Source of the DNA: a virus
Lineage: Duplodnaviria; Caudoviricetes
Virus record (IMG/VR): IMGVR_UViG_3300017903_001334
Coordinates: 1-45,980 of that record
Strand: one strand, 5' to 3'
DNA length: 45,980 nt
Below, piece after piece: positions 18,276-29,205 of the stretch. Positions within the stretch are counted from its first letter, which is position 1; every line of letters begins with the position of its first letter. The notes below the pieces were generated by a model. The model saw only the letters and a program-made list of their open reading frames with translations, did no database searches and was not told where the DNA came from. Position numbers and translations under genes: made by a program.

Positions 18276-19445
18276 ATGGCAGTAAATATAAACACTGTAT
18301 ATCAAAGAGTGTTAGCGCTCGCTAACAAAGAGCAAAGAGGATATATAACACCTCTTGAATTTAATTTACTAGCTAATCAAGCTCAGATGGAAATATTTGA
18401 GCAGTACTTCTATGATATAAATCTTTATAATAGAGCGCCGGGCAACTCAACAGAGTACGCTGACATGCTGCACATATTAGAAGAAAAAATATCTTTTTTT
18501 AAAAAGAACGATCAACCATTAACAGCCGCTACTTTAAGTTTTGAAGATGACTTTGAATTAGACACTGTTACGTCTGGTGATTGGACTGAAGCAGTTCCAG
18601 CTAACGGTATTATTAGCCACGTACCACCTTCTTCTGCTAATAGTTTTAACGGTGGTTTGAAAATTGAATCTAGTGGCGGTGCTCATACTGCTGAAAGCGC
18701 CATAAGTTTTAATTTAGTAGCAGGCGAGAAGTATATCGTAGATTACTCTGTTATAGATCATAACTCACCAAGCTTCTATCAAGTACAAATAGATTCATTA
18801 GGTACTCACGCGTTAAATCTAACTGTTTTAGATATTGAAAATGGTGAATTTAGTTACACTTTTGAAGCTCAGTCAAATGGTGCTCACAACGTGCTGTTAA
18901 AAAATGGAGACGCTACTATTGGCAAGTATATTACTTTTGGTTACGTAGAAGTTAGACAAGTTGACAATACTACTATTGGTAACGGAGGTGTAAATCCTGT
19001 TTATAGATTAGGTGAGGTTATGTGGCAGAGATCTGGTCAAACTTATGCGACACAAGTACCTTTAGTAAACGCTAATGAAATTACAAAATACAACGTATCA
19101 CCTTTAGCTAGGCCAACCTCTTCAAATCCAGTGTATGTTAGAACTAGCGATACATCTATAAAGCTATACCCAACAGCGACATCAACAGATACGATAACGC
19201 ATAATTTTATTACAAGACCAGTCGAAGTTTATTGGGGATATACAGTTGTGCCAAACTCAAGTGGTGGTAATGAATATCCAATGTACAATGCTTCCACCTC
19301 TCAAAACTTTGAATTACACGAGTCAGAGGAAATGCCGCTTGTATATAAAATATTAGAGCTATCTGGTATAATTATAAATAAACCAGGCTTAGTTCAAGCA
19401 GCTTCATTAGAACAACAAGAAAATTTACAACAAGAAAAACAATAA
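18276..19445 (+). CDS. Neck/ring (head-tail adaptor) protein with inserted carbohydrate-binding-like domain
   Basis: N-terminal LANKEQRGYITPLEFNLLANQAQ and C-terminal FELHESE adaptor-like segments flank a beta-sandwich-like insert. Confidence 0.65.
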   Translation: MAVNINTVYQRVLALANKEQRGYITPLEFNLLANQAQMEIFEQYFYDINLYNRAPGNSTEYADMLHILEEKISFFKKNDQPLTAATLSFEDDFELDTVTSGDWTEAVPANGIISHVPPSSANSFNGGLKIESSGGAHTAESAISFNLVAGEKYIVDYSVIDHNSPSFYQVQIDSLGTHALNLTVLDIENGEFSYTFEAQSNGAHNVLLKNGDATIGKYITFGYVEVRQVDNTTIGNGGVNPVYRLGEVMWQRSGQTYATQVPLVNANEITKYNVSPLARPTSSNPVYVRTSDTSIKLYPTATSTDTITHNFITRPVEVYWGYTVVPNSSGGNEYPMYNASTSQNFELHESEEMPLVYKILELSGIIINKPGLVQAASLEQQENLQQEKQ

Positions 19446-19448
19446 TAT

Positions 19449-20354
19449 ATGCCGTTATTTCAAGGAACAACAGGTGACTATTACGAAGGGCCAGATAATG
19501 GTTTTAATAGTGGAGATGAGAATTACGGTAATTATCAATTTACATCTTTACAAACTGTAATAGATCAGTTTTTATTAGCCTACGTTGGTGAAGATAAAAT
19601 TATATCTAAAATAAAAAGACTTGACGTAGTGTACCATGCTCAAAGAGCTTTGCAAGAGCTTAGCTTTGATACTTTTAAATCTACCAAAGCTCAAGAAGTT
19701 GAAGTTCCAGCAACACTGCAAATACCTTTGCCTCATGACTATGTTAACTATGTCAAAATAACATACACTGACTCTAGCGGTATAGAACATCTCATACATC
19801 CAGCTAGAATAAGTAGTAATCCAGAAAAAATAACACAAAACGCTGATGGTAGCTACACACTTGCTAATGATGAAATACAAACTTCAGATTCTGAAACTTG
19901 GAATAGATTTCAAGGAGAAAGCGATCTATCAAGCATAGACGATGATTATATCAGAGATTATGACACCTCTATATATAACTCTAATCAAGGCCAGAGATTT
20001 GGTATTGATCCTCAGTTCGCCCAAGTTAATGGAACTTTTTATATAGACGAGCTAAAAGGAAAAATACATTTCTCATCAAATATGGCTGGAAACCCTGTTA
20101 CTATAAAATACATAAGTGATAGTTTAGGAACTGAAGCTGAGATGCAAGTTCATAAATTTGCTGAAGAAGCAATGTATAAGTATATAGCTCACGCTGTTTT
20201 AGCTACAAGAGCTAACACTCCAGAATATTTAGTTGACAGATATAAAAGAGAAGCTAGAGCCGCTAAGAGACAAGCAAAGCTTAGATTATCAAATATTAAG
20301 TTAGAAGAAATAACTCAAGTATTAAGAGGTAAGTCTAAACATATTAAACACTAG
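19449..20354 (+). CDS. Neck/ring tail protein
   Basis: LPHDYVNYVKI and HKFAEEAMYKYI motifs. Lies just before the nozzle gene. Confidence 0.65.
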   Translation: MPLFQGTTGDYYEGPDNGFNSGDENYGNYQFTSLQTVIDQFLLAYVGEDKIISKIKRLDVVYHAQRALQELSFDTFKSTKAQEVEVPATLQIPLPHDYVNYVKITYTDSSGIEHLIHPARISSNPEKITQNADGSYTLANDEIQTSDSETWNRFQGESDLSSIDDDYIRDYDTSIYNSNQGQRFGIDPQFAQVNGTFYIDELKGKIHFSSNMAGNPVTIKYISDSLGTEAEMQVHKFAEEAMYKYIAHAVLATRANTPEYLVDRYKREARAAKRQAKLRLSNIKLEEITQVLRGKSKHIKH

Positions 20355-20357
20355 TAG

Positions 20358-23300
20358 ATGCCAGAGTTGAAAAGAAATTTTATGCAAGGTCGAATGAACA
20401 AAGACCTTGACGAAAGATTAGTATCAAACGGAGAGTATAGAGATGCTATGAACATACAAGTGTCTACAGCGGAAGGATCTGATGTTGGTACTGCTAGAAA
20501 TATATTGTCTAATAAATCTTTAGATTTAGTTTCTTTTCATAAGCCTTATGCTAAAAGAAGAAATGTAAACATACTACATCCTGCGGCTACGAACAATTTA
20601 ACAGTTTTAAACACTCCTTTAGTTGTAGGTGGGGAAGGCAGAAAAGAAGACAATATAATAGCCACAACCGCTACTACAAATATAATATCTTCTTCTGCTG
20701 AAGTTGTTGGAGTTGTAACAGATGAAAGAGAAAACGCTATATATTCTTTCATAGCGAACGCTTTTGATTATGAAACAAGACCCGCTAAAACTAACTCTGC
20801 CGTTGGCACCGTGTCCGCAACTTCAACAACTACTATTGTCAACGATACGGTTACAATAAATGCTGATATAGCGGCTAGCGTTGCTGTTGGTGATTTTGTT
20901 TTTAGTAATGCTACTACAGGTATACTAAAAGGAACTAAAGTAGTTTCTGTTACTGATTTAGGAGCTGTTACGCGGATAGTCATGGACAAAGCTTTTCAAA
21001 GTCCAAATCCAGTCGGTGAAGAATATAGATTTCATAAGCCTGTTTCTTTAGGTAGAAAAGCAGATTTAATAACTAAAATAACGCCTGACACTACCAACTC
21101 TAAAATGCAGCCTATATTTGTAGATGTATACGAAGTTAGAGCTGACTGGGGTTTTCAAGCTGCCGCTAGTAACGAGTTTAATTTTACTACAGCACACAGC
21201 GGCGGCTTTGTTACATACGAAGATGCAACTCATCACCATACTGGAGAGTTAACTTTTACAGACTGCGTTAATGGAATTGTACCGGGAATGTCAGTGCAGG
21301 CTATCGATTTAAACGGCAACAACATTTGGGCTAATGTGTACGAAGGCGTTTATGTTATGGACGTTACAGTGACTGGTGCTAGTGTTTTTCCTAACCCTGA
21401 AATAACTAGCACTGTACTAACTTTAAGATTGAGTAAAGATGTTTTATTAAGTCAAGCAGATGCTGAGGCTGGTGTAGTTTTAAAGTTTTCAAATGAAAGA
21501 ATATTAAACTTTAGAACAGGTACAGTTCATAGTTATACTGACGCAACATTGTCAGGAAACACTGTATCAAGTGCTACTCCTGAAAACACGAAAATAACAG
21601 CCATAGATGTTGTTGATGATTTGTTGTATTTTACAACAGACTATGATGAGCCTAAAAAAATAAACATTACAAAAGGCTTAGAAGGTTCTAAATTAAACCT
21701 AATTGGTCAGCTAGGTGATACGCCTAATCTATACAATACTACAAGATATTACTACGAAGCTGACGACGAGCAAGGGGTTAGCATTGCCACAATGCACGAA
21801 GTAATGACTAAAGATGATATTACTGTGGCTAGACTTGGGCCAATATCTGCGCCTGAGCTTTGGATGAGAGACACTAAAAGACTTGGTCCTGGTGGTAGAG
21901 AAGCTATATGTAACAACGTTGGTCTTGGTGGCGAAATAAGCACTGTGATAACATCAGGAAACACTCACGAAGTAGCTTCTGACATTGGTTTTTTTGGAGA
22001 TGATAACACTATACAATTTGGAACAGTAGATGATGACGGCGACACTGTTAACGCTGACCAAGTGTTTGAGCTTTTTGTAGATCCATCAAGAGGTAGTGAA
22101 AACGCACAAGAAACTACTTACAACGATGTTAATGTTCAAAGATTTCCTTACGAGGGCGCTTGGCAAGTTGGAGATATTCTTGACCTGTATAACGGTAGGC
22201 ATGGGTATAGAGTTACTGTTGAAATTACAGAAGTTACAATTGAGCCTATAACTCATCATTTTCAATACGACGAAAACAAAATAACAAGTATAAAAGTCGT
22301 GATTTTAGATGCTAACCAAGGTTATATAGACTCTGCTGCTGGTGATATTAACAGCACTACGACGCCTACAGAGTGTAAGTGGGTTGCTTTTTTAAGAGAA
22401 GAATCAGGCGTAATGTACGAAGATAAGTTTGTTAGATTTGCATATAGATGGAGATATAATGATGGAGAAGTCTCTCCAATATCACCATTTTCACAGCCAG
22501 CCTTTATGCCAAAGAGCACTTATTTGTACAACGCAGAAGAAGGTCAAAATGAAGCTATATCAAATAATCTTAAATGGCTAGCTATAACTAATTTTTTAGG
22601 CGGTGGTAAAATAACAAAAATCAACTCTCCGAGCTTTGCTAAAAGAAGAAATAGCTTAAGGCCTATAGACATAGAGTCTGTAGATATACTTTATAAAGAA
22701 GATGGCAACACGAATGTTTATCTACTTAAAAATATAAAAAGAGAAGGATCTGTTAGTTCTTTAAGCGACATTGGTGATATATCTACATATCAGCCAATTA
22801 GTAATTGGAACCACGCTGGACTTCAAGGTGGAGACAAGCATATTCCTTTAGGCAACTTTGCTAATCCTTTAATAACAGGCGGTCAATGGGGCGGTAATCC
22901 TCTAGGCGGTGGACAATATCCACTACTTGAAGATAGCCATCAAGGAGGTGAAGGAGGTACTTTAGTGCCTGCTTTAAATCACAACCATTTGTTTGACTAC
23001 AGAAACGGTAACGCTTCTGACATGAGAGGATTTTTTATAGTGCCACCTGGCGCCGTAGGAAGTGTAATACCAGAGATGCAAGTATTTAGACCTTTCGACG
23101 CTGTTCCAGTATCTGCGAAAGGCCAGTGTATATCTTCTAGTAGAATAATATATGGTAATTATCAAGCTGATTACGACTTGATAGATTCTAATTCAAAAAA
23201 AATAAGCTTTAACTTTTCAGAAAGATCTTCTTCTAGCATCAATACTGAGTATGGTTTTGGTCTTAATCAAGGTTTAGGTATTTTTGATGTGAACGGCTTT

Positions 23301-26300
23301 ACTCCTAGTGGCTTTATTTTTCCTACAATTAAAAGAGGTAGAACATATACTATAGGTGTAGTTTTTAAAGATAGATATGGTAGAGAATCTTCTGTAATTT
23401 TAGGGAAAGATTCAGCTTTAAGCATTGATAAAAAGCAACATAGAAGCGGTGTTTCAGCTTTAAAAATTGCAATATGTCCAAAAGGCACAATACCTTATTG
23501 GGCTGAATTTTACAAATATTTTATTAAAGAAAACTCTAACGAGTATTATAACTTGGCTATGCACGCAGCTTATCCAGCTAAAATATCTGGCGAAGCTGCT
23601 TCAGAATATTGGATTGCATTTAACTCTTCTGAAAGAAATAAAATACAAGAAGATGATATTTTAATGGTTTCTAAACCACAAGATCATTTTACAGGCACTA
23701 GAAATAAAACTAAATATAAAGTATTAGCTATATCTAACGAAGCTCCAAATCCTAAATTTCTTCCTGACGAATCCGAGCATCCTAACCCAGAGCTTCCTGA
23801 AGGTGTTACTATACCAGACGAAGACAAGAAAGGTAAATTTTTTGTTAAAATAAAAGCTAATGCTGAGCTTAGAAGAAACTTTAGAAATGCCACTACTCAA
23901 ATTGTATCGACAAGATCTAATCCAGTTGTTTTTGAAACAATGCCTGACTCAGGTCCAGATTTAGATATATACTATGAAATAGGTAACGCAAACCCTGTAT
24001 ATCTTTGGAATCAAAACATACAAAATTTTATAGAGCCTGGCGATCAATGTTTAGTTAGAGGTATTTTTGCAGATGGATCTGTTAAAACTATTGGTCACGG
24101 ATCGGCTCAAAATGAAGGTGAAAATGGCACAGACACTGGCTCGTTTTATGATAGAATGCATAACTCAATACAGAGTGTTTACGGTTCACCTGTTAAAGGA
24201 TTAAATAAAAGCATAGTAAAGCTTAGAACTGCTTCGGTAGCTAATGCTGCAACTTGGGACAGCCTGCAAAGAGCTTGGATTCAAGTGTATAAAAAAGATA
24301 AAAGCTGCGTTAGTGTAGAAATAGATTTAGATGCTAGCGACGCGGCCGCTGCGATTCAAGCCGAAGGATCTAACTTTAAAACTTTTTTAGATGGAACTAG
24401 AAAAGTAAAATACGACACGGATAACTGCGTGTATTACATAAAATCTTACACTTGGGGATTACCAGCGCTACTTAGATTTCACAACGCTTTTTCTTACGGA
24501 AATGGTGTGGAGACAAATAGAATTTTAGATAAATTTAACGCTCCTAAGATCGACAATGGCGTAAAAGTATCTACAGTTTCTTCTAATTACAAAAGAAAAC
24601 ATTTTAAACACGGTTTAATATTTTCTGGAATATACAACTCTAAAAACAGTGTCAATAACTTAAATCAGTTTATAACAGCTGAAGGTATAACAAAAGACTT
24701 AAATCCTGAATACGGTAGTATACAAAAGTTATTTTCGAGAAACACGGATATTGTAGCTTTTTGTGAAGACAAAATATTAAAAATATTATCTAGCAAAGAC
24801 GCTTTGTTTAACGCTGACGGCAACACTAATTTAACAGCTTCAAACAGAGTTCTTGGGCAAGCTATACCTTTCGCTGGCGACCATGGTATATCGAGAAATC
24901 CAGAATCTTTTGCTGAAAACGAATATAGAGTTTATTTTACAGATAGAGCAAGAGGCGCTGTTTTAAGACTTTCTAAAGACGGCCTTACTAAAATATCAGA
25001 GATAGGCATGAAAGATTATTTCGCTGACACTCTAAATAAAGCTGCCGCTATAATAGGTTCGTTTAACTCTAAAAAAGACGAGTACGATGTTACTATTCAC
25101 TCCAACATAGACTCAACTAATCTCACTAAAGAAGTAAATACTTTATCGTTTAATGAAAGCACGAACGGTTGGGTTAGTTTCAGAGGATATGCTTTAGAGC
25201 AAGGTGTTTCATTAAATAATATTTATTACACGTTTAAAGATGGTCAAACTTGGCAACATGGATTAAACCCTGGAAATGCTGCTAGAAATAATTTTTATGG
25301 CGTTCAATATTACTCTAGCATAACACCAGTCGTTAATGATATGCCTTCTTCTATAAAAAGCTTTAACACTTTAAACTACGAAGGTAGTCAAGCTAGGATT
25401 ATTCAAGTAGCTGATGATTCTCCAAATGACGGAGTTGCACCAGGCCATCAAGAGTACTATAACAACATAGCTAGAGAAGGCTGGTATGTAGAATCCATAA
25501 TTACTGACCAACAAGAAGGCTCTGTAGTAGAGTTTAAAGAAAAAGAAGGTAAATGGTTTAATAATATAAAAGGAACTGAAACAACATGGTCTAATACTCT
25601 AGGCGGAGGCGATGGTAGTGGATCTGGTAATTTAGATCCTCAAGAGTTTTCGTTTCAAGGTATAGATACTTTAGGAGCTTCTATTGGTGGCGACAACTCT
25701 GGAGTTGTTCATACTATAACAGCTACAATGAGCACCAACTCTGCCGACGCTCCAACTATAGTAGGCGATTCAGACTCTATACTAAACGGAACTAATGCAG
25801 ACACAATAACTAGTACTGTAACTCTTACTGCTGCAAGCGGCTTTGTTCTTGGTGATATAGACTTAGACGCCGATGCTTTAGACGCGGTGAGTAGTGTTAC
25901 GCCAACAATATCTTACGAAGGAGTTTCTTACGATGTTAACACAGATATACCTACTAGTGGTGAGTCTAGCGTTACGCTTACTATAACTTATAGTGCTACG
26001 GCAGTTACCTCTAATTTAGATTTCGACCTAGGCTTTTCAATGACAAGTATTGCTTTAGTAAATCACGACTTAGCTCTATGCTTTGAGTTTTTCGCAAATG
26101 GTACTGAAGGAATTTCTTTATCAGACAATAATCAACCGTACACTATAGAAGCTGAAGCTGTATCTAGCGATTATACTTTGACTTCTGCAGGTTCAGAAAT
26201 AACAACTCTAACAGACACTTTTTTGCCTCCTCACGGCAACATACATCAAGCTGTGTTTCAGCTAAGCGGCGTTGATATAAATCCAACAAACGGATCTACT

Positions 26301-28331
26301 CATGTGGCTTCGTATACTATAACCTGCGATGACGGTTTTAATTTAGACTTTGTATCTAACTTGCTTGAGGTTAACAACATTCAAACAGATGTTTCTAACA
26401 ATAACAAGCTACAAAGCACAAACGCAACTATTCAGCACAGCGGAGGTGATAACAACTTGTTTACTTCTAACGAGTTTGCTACGTTACTACAAAAAAACTT
26501 ATTTAATTTTTACGCAGATGCTGCAGATGGTAATGCGGCTACGCTTAGCAGCGCTAACGGCCGATACAACCTCGCATTTGAACCAGGCTTTAATATTCAA
26601 GGTCAGCAAACAAGCTTGACTGTTAAAATATTCTACAACCCAACTACTGGTGGAACTGACGGTCAAGTTAATGTAGACTTTTTTAGAGTCCCAGCTATAT
26701 CTTTTATACAAGAAGATATAGAATTACCTTTCACTCCAACTACAAGTACGGAGCATTTTAGTGGTGGTGGAAATATTACAGTTATATTCGAAGATGTAGA
26801 TATGGCCGCTAATAATCCATACTCAATAGCTGGAGCTCCTAATTCTGGAGTTAACGCGGATATAGGTCAGCAATTGACAAGCGTTTTTACAAATCAAGAC
26901 TTTGAACAATTTAGCAGCGGAGTAAATACAACGCCAGATCCAGACACAGAGTTTGTTGCAGAAACTTATAAGATCAACTTTAAGTATGGCGTAAATAATG
27001 ATATATACAATTATTTTGTTTTTGGCTTTGATGTTCCAAGTGACGATCAAATCAATGAAAATGCTTTAAGCGATAATGCTAGCGAGTACTTAAATAATAT
27101 ATGGCAATGCGTTTTAGTTCCAAACTTGAATCAGATATGTACGGTTGCTAACATAACGTCTTGGAATGGTGTACCTGCTTCTGATGGATATATAAACGCC
27201 GTTACAGGCAACTTACACTTTAAGAATTCAAACTTCTTCAACGCTGCTAACTTGAATCCCGGCGAGACTGTAGTTGACTTTCCACAAACTTTGTACGATG
27301 ATCCTGGAACATTTCTTTCGGCCGATCACGACTCTAATAATCAGTTAAATATTTTTTCTCAAGTAAAAGAAGTTATATTTAAAAATAGACCTCAAGTAAA
27401 CGAAGACGGGACTATAGAGCCCGTAGACAGCGGATCTAACACGGTCTTAATGGAGGTGCATTGGAGTGGACTACCTATGGTTTATCATGATAATATTATT
27501 GGCAATGGAAATCCTAATGAAATATCTGCTGAATATTTTACTAGTTTATCTCCTGCCCGTTTACATATAACAATACCAACACCTATAATGAGTTCTAGCA
27601 CTACTGTCGAGGTGATTAATCATAAATATTCTTTATGGGTGAACGAAATAATATTTATAAAACCATATCCAGGAAGCTCTACCCAACACATGGGAGGATA
27701 TACTCTTGAAGGGTTAGATTTAACACAGACAGAAGCTAGTGATTACGACGCTTATAACTGGGACGGAACTACTGGTACAAGCGCAGACGCTACATTGTCT
27801 ACTATCAGTCACGCACAACTACATGCTGGTACTGGTGGGTCTAACCCTAGCGGATCTACAAACTGGAGCGGTCAGTGGTTTGCAGGTCCAAGCGGAACAT
27901 TCTATAGATTAAACGTGCACGGCACTTATGCTAGTGGAAAAACGTTGACGCACCAGGTTACTTATACCGCTGGGCTTGTTGATAGTCAGCAGACTGAGTT
28001 TGTAGCTCTTGATTTAAACACAGCAGAAGCTTTTCCTTTGACAGATCAAGCTACCATAGAAGGATTTTTTCCAGACGATGGTAATTTTATTAAGCCTTTT
28101 AGTCTTAACTCATTTACAACGCAAAAAGGCTTTTACACATATAGAATTGATGGAACTTTTGTGTCTAACACTTGTAGAACAATAACTTTTGACGTGATAT
28201 ACCAAACAGATGGTAGCGGAGTAGATATTGACGCTGATTTTCCTCAAGATCCTTTAATATTGTCACCTAGTGGTGAAGGTAGAATTGGAGCTAGTAGAGA
28301 TTTAGTAATAGCTAGAAGAGTAATACCTTAA
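20358..28331 (+). CDS. Tail nozzle/stabilisation protein (P22 gp10-like or crAss muzzle-like) with large insertions and a C-terminal extension (2657 aa)
   Basis: N-terminal GRMNKDLDERLV..GEYRDAMNI, RFAYRWRY.DGE.SPISPFS, GDHGISRNPESFA...YFTDRARGAVLRLS.DGLT.IS and EKEGKWF. Confidence 0.8.
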   Translation: MPELKRNFMQGRMNKDLDERLVSNGEYRDAMNIQVSTAEGSDVGTARNILSNKSLDLVSFHKPYAKRRNVNILHPAATNNLTVLNTPLVVGGEGRKEDNIIATTATTNIISSSAEVVGVVTDERENAIYSFIANAFDYETRPAKTNSAVGTVSATSTTTIVNDTVTINADIAASVAVGDFVFSNATTGILKGTKVVSVTDLGAVTRIVMDKAFQSPNPVGEEYRFHKPVSLGRKADLITKITPDTTNSKMQPIFVDVYEVRADWGFQAAASNEFNFTTAHSGGFVTYEDATHHHTGELTFTDCVNGIVPGMSVQAIDLNGNNIWANVYEGVYVMDVTVTGASVFPNPEITSTVLTLRLSKDVLLSQADAEAGVVLKFSNERILNFRTGTVHSYTDATLSGNTVSSATPENTKITAIDVVDDLLYFTTDYDEPKKINITKGLEGSKLNLIGQLGDTPNLYNTTRYYYEADDEQGVSIATMHEVMTKDDITVARLGPISAPELWMRDTKRLGPGGREAICNNVGLGGEISTVITSGNTHEVASDIGFFGDDNTIQFGTVDDDGDTVNADQVFELFVDPSRGSENAQETTYNDVNVQRFPYEGAWQVGDILDLYNGRHGYRVTVEITEVTIEPITHHFQYDENKITSIKVVILDANQGYIDSAAGDINSTTTPTECKWVAFLREESGVMYEDKFVRFAYRWRYNDGEVSPISPFSQPAFMPKSTYLYNAEEGQNEAISNNLKWLAITNFLGGGKITKINSPSFAKRRNSLRPIDIESVDILYKEDGNTNVYLLKNIKREGSVSSLSDIGDISTYQPISNWNHAGLQGGDKHIPLGNFANPLITGGQWGGNPLGGGQYPLLEDSHQGGEGGTLVPALNHNHLFDYRNGNASDMRGFFIVPPGAVGSVIPEMQVFRPFDAVPVSAKGQCISSSRIIYGNYQADYDLIDSNSKKISFNFSERSSSSINTEYGFGLNQGLGIFDVNGFTPSGFIFPTIKRGRTYTIGVVFKDRYGRESSVILGKDSALSIDKKQHRSGVSALKIAICPKGTIPYWAEFYKYFIKENSNEYYNLAMHAAYPAKISGEAASEYWIAFNSSERNKIQEDDILMVSKPQDHFTGTRNKTKYKVLAISNEAPNPKFLPDESEHPNPELPEGVTIPDEDKKGKFFVKIKANAELRRNFRNATTQIVSTRSNPVVFETMPDSGPDLDIYYEIGNANPVYLWNQNIQNFIEPGDQCLVRGIFADGSVKTIGHGSAQNEGENGTDTGSFYDRMHNSIQSVYGSPVKGLNKSIVKLRTASVANAATWDSLQRAWIQVYKKDKSCVSVEIDLDASDAAAAIQAEGSNFKTFLDGTRKVKYDTDNCVYYIKSYTWGLPALLRFHNAFSYGNGVETNRILDKFNAPKIDNGVKVSTVSSNYKRKHFKHGLIFSGIYNSKNSVNNLNQFITAEGITKDLNPEYGSIQKLFSRNTDIVAFCEDKILKILSSKDALFNADGNTNLTASNRVLGQAIPFAGDHGISRNPESFAENEYRVYFTDRARGAVLRLSKDGLTKISEIGMKDYFADTLNKAAAIIGSFNSKKDEYDVTIHSNIDSTNLTKEVNTLSFNESTNGWVSFRGYALEQGVSLNNIYYTFKDGQTWQHGLNPGNAARNNFYGVQYYSSITPVVNDMPSSIKSFNTLNYEGSQARIIQVADDSPNDGVAPGHQEYYNNIAREGWYVESIITDQQEGSVVEFKEKEGKWFNNIKGTETTWSNTLGGGDGSGSGNLDPQEFSFQGIDTLGASIGGDNSGVVHTITATMSTNSADAPTIVGDSDSILNGTNADTITSTVTLTAASGFVLGDIDLDADALDAVSSVTPTISYEGVSYDVNTDIPTSGESSVTLTITYSATAVTSNLDFDLGFSMTSIALVNHDLALCFEFFANGTEGISLSDNNQPYTIEAEAVSSDYTLTSAGSEITTLTDTFLPPHGNIHQAVFQLSGVDINPTNGSTHVASYTITCDDGFNLDFVSNLLEVNNIQTDVSNNNKLQSTNATIQHSGGDNNLFTSNEFATLLQKNLFNFYADAADGNAATLSSANGRYNLAFEPGFNIQGQQTSLTVKIFYNPTTGGTDGQVNVDFFRVPAISFIQEDIELPFTPTTSTEHFSGGGNITVIFEDVDMAANNPYSIAGAPNSGVNADIGQQLTSVFTNQDFEQFSSGVNTTPDPDTEFVAETYKINFKYGVNNDIYNYFVFGFDVPSDDQINENALSDNASEYLNNIWQCVLVPNLNQICTVANITSWNGVPASDGYINAVTGNLHFKNSNFFNAANLNPGETVVDFPQTLYDDPGTFLSADHDSNNQLNIFSQVKEVIFKNRPQVNEDGTIEPVDSGSNTVLMEVHWSGLPMVYHDNIIGNGNPNEISAEYFTSLSPARLHITIPTPIMSSSTTVEVINHKYSLWVNEIIFIKPYPGSSTQHMGGYTLEGLDLTQTEASDYDAYNWDGTTGTSADATLSTISHAQLHAGTGGSNPSGSTNWSGQWFAGPSGTFYRLNVHGTYASGKTLTHQVTYTAGLVDSQQTEFVALDLNTAEAFPLTDQATIEGFFPDDGNFIKPFSLNSFTTQKGFYTYRIDGTFVSNTCRTITFDVIYQTDGSGVDIDADFPQDPLILSPSGEGRIGASRDLVIARRVIP

Positions 28332-28347
28332 ACTTAAAAATAAAAAC

Positions 28348-28701
28348 ATGCCTGACGTTACATTAAAATTTAACAAAGATATAAATTGCTCTGTTCAAGT
28401 TGGAGACAACATATATTATGTGCCTTCAGCTACTTCTAACAACGTTTCTACAGCTACGGGTTACACCAATATAATAAAATCTGGAGACGTGCTCTACGTT
28501 AGCAAAAGATACATAGTGGTTAATCACAACGCTAATGTTCCTGTCCCTAGCAATGGTGATTTTATAATGTTTAGCAAAGACAATATGGCTAATTTATCTA
28601 GCTTGTTGGGTTATTTTGCAGATATTAAGTTTGTAAATGCTTCTAGTGAAAAAGCTGAGATATTTTCAATAGGCTGTGAGGTATTTGAAAGCAGTAAATA
28701 A
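28348..28701 (+). CDS. Tail-associated protein resembling the C-terminus of nozzle proteins
   Basis: SVQVGDNIYY...SLLGYFADIKFVN.S.EKAEIFSIG.EVFESSK. Confidence 0.65.
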   Translation: MPDVTLKFNKDINCSVQVGDNIYYVPSATSNNVSTATGYTNIIKSGDVLYVSKRYIVVNHNANVPVPSNGDFIMFSKDNMANLSSLLGYFADIKFVNASSEKAEIFSIGCEVFESSK

Positions 28702-28712
28702 AAGGTGCTAAG

Positions 28713-28722
28713 TGTGATTATA
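28713..28722 (+). promoter_or_regulatory. Putative late promoter motif TGTGATTATA
   Basis: CTAAGTGTGATTATA in the intergenic gap. Compare CTAAGTGTGTAATATTA at 40563. Confidence 0.45.
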
Positions 28723-28745
28723 TAACAGTAATTTAATGCAATATA

Positions 28746-29204
28746 ATGTCTAACACAAAATTAGCGCGAAGAAAAGAGATAGAAATCTTTGAAAAAACAT
28801 TGATAGCTTCAGCTGACGGTGATTTGATTGAAGGTGATGGTAAAAATATAGTTCATAGCCAGAAGTTTCCTATGAAACACACTTTCGCAGATGGTATTTA
28901 TGTAAGAGAAATGTTTATGAAAAAAGACTCTGCGGTAGTTGGAGCAATACATAAACACTTGCATGTCTGGTTTTTGATGAGCGGTCATTTGGTTATAGCC
29001 AAAGAAGAGTCAAAAGAAGAATATTTAGCGCCGTGTTACGTTTTAGCTGAGCCTGGTTCAAAAAGAATAATATACGCTGTTGAAGATTCTGTTTTTGTTA
29101 ATATACACAAAAATCCCACTAACACGCAGGATATTTTAGAACTAGAAAAAAACATTGTAGCTTTAAATAGAGAAGACTACGAGGAATATTTAAAAAACAA
29201 ATAA
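28746..29204 (+). CDS. Cupin-fold protein
   Basis: HTFADGIYVREM...GAIHKHLH.WFLMSG...APC...PGSKR...VNIH, a double-stranded beta-helix pattern with His ligands. Confidence 0.7.
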   Translation: MSNTKLARRKEIEIFEKTLIASADGDLIEGDGKNIVHSQKFPMKHTFADGIYVREMFMKKDSAVVGAIHKHLHVWFLMSGHLVIAKEESKEEYLAPCYVLAEPGSKRIIYAVEDSVFVNIHKNPTNTQDILELEKNIVALNREDYEEYLKNK

Positions 29205-29205
29205 T

